NCBI GenBank assembly: GCA_963668025.2
Contig: CAXXTH010000017.1
Span: 832,001-896,000, forward strand
DNA length: 64,000 bases
Direction of reading: 5' to 3'
From: Candidatus Hydrogenedentota bacterium
Lineage (GTDB): Bacteria; Hydrogenedentota; Hydrogenedentia; Hydrogenedentales; SLHB01
The notes below the pieces were generated by a model, which worked only from the letters and a program-made list of their open reading frames with translations, was not told the DNA's origin and did no database searches. A program made the position numbers and the translations under genes. Shown one piece after another: positions 63,269 to 64,000 of the stretch (position 1 is the stretch's first letter; each line of letters starts with the position of its first letter).

Positions 63269-63829
63269 ATGAGTTTCTTATCTGTTCTTTTAATTGCCGT
63301 AGGCTTGTCCATGGATGCATTCGCCGTGGCGCTGGCCTCGAGCATCGCCCTGGGCCGTCCCACGGGACATCAGTTGTTCCGGCTCTCATTCCATTTCGGA
63401 CTGTTTCAGGCCTTCATGCCCGTCATTGGCTGGTTCGCGGGGCGTACGGTGGCGGTCTATGTCCAGGCGTGGGACCATTGGGTAGCGTTTGGCCTATTGT
63501 TGGCCATCGGCGTCAAAGCCATCACCGAATCCTTGCGTTTTCATGAAACGGCGTCTCGATGCGGCGACCCTACCAAAGGCTTGTCACTCGTGGCGCTATC
63601 CGTCGCCACTAGCATCGACGCCTTGGCCGTCGGGCTCAGCTTCGCCATGTTGGAAATGCAGATCTGGTGGCCGGTGCTTATCATCGGGATTGTGGCAGGC
63701 ATACTCACCTTGGTGGGCATGCGGCTCGGCGGCAGGCTCGGGGCCAAATTCGGCGGGCGCGTGGGCGTCCTCGGCGGCCTGATCCTGATCGGCATCGGCG
63801 CGAGAATTTTGTTTCAGCATTTGATCTGA
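63269..63829 (+). CDS. mntP: Manganese efflux pump MntP family
   Basis: AVGLSMDAFAV, FGLFQAFMP, DHW, ATSIDALAVG. Confidence 0.92.
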   Translation: MSFLSVLLIAVGLSMDAFAVALASSIALGRPTGHQLFRLSFHFGLFQAFMPVIGWFAGRTVAVYVQAWDHWVAFGLLLAIGVKAITESLRFHETASRCGDPTKGLSLVALSVATSIDALAVGLSFAMLEMQIWWPVLIIGIVAGILTLVGMRLGGRLGAKFGGRVGVLGGLILIGIGARILFQHLI

Positions 63830-63851
63830 CGGATCTGACGGATCCGGCTGA

Positions 63852-64000
63852 TCAATCGCCATTCCCGAACAACGCTTGCACGAACTCCCGCGCGTTGAAC
63901 GGCTGAAGGTCATCCACGCTTTCGCCTACGCCGATGTATTTGATGGGAATACCCAATTGCCTCTGGATGGCCACCGCCACGCCGCCTTTGGCGGTGCCGT
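63852..64000 (-). CDS. ftsY: Signal recognition particle receptor, 3' end (partial)
   Basis: Hand translation: GTAKGGVAVAIQRQLGIPIKYIGVGESVDDLQPFNAREFVQALFGNGD*. The frame ends shortly after the G domain, as in FtsY rather than Ffh. Confidence 0.85.
   Translation of the reverse strand, partial: GTAKGGVAVAIQRQLGIPIKYIGVGESVDDLQPFNAREFVQALFGNGD

Overview
GC-rich bacterial chromosomal segment. The DUF1559/H-X9-DG protein style suggests a Candidatus Hydrogenedentota-like organism (inference). It is mostly housekeeping and transport: a MarR-RND-TolC efflux operon, a DUF1559 + GH127-like + GH51 arabinofuranosidase locus, maeB, pta-ackA, zwf, a TRAP transporter, HtrA, a Gld-like ABC system, polA, rho, pfkB, mutY, two sigma54 activators, an ECF sigma/anti-sigma pair, trxB, mntP and the 3' end of ftsY. 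Accessory elements: (i) an AT-rich island (~14.5-18.9 kb) with a PIN-GNAT-PUA/ASCH-like gene split by a 1370-bp ISKra4-family IS (8-bp TSD), an ASCH gene and a convergent putative nuclease; (ii) two near-identical class C (IIC) group II introns 30 kb apart, one after a REP palindrome and one after a UNCG terminator; (iii) a solo AIPR gene behind rho; (iv) a protein ending in an FrpC-type Asp-Pro self-processing module behind a sigma28-like promoter; (v) orphan atpZ/atpI-like genes followed by a 53-aa Trp-rich peptide; (vi) two GTAG-type REP families and several short inverted-repeat elements with ~9-nt periodic arms. Four genes carry +1/+2 indels in simple repeats, probably sequencing errors. 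All assignments are from motif recognition by eye; no database searches were run.
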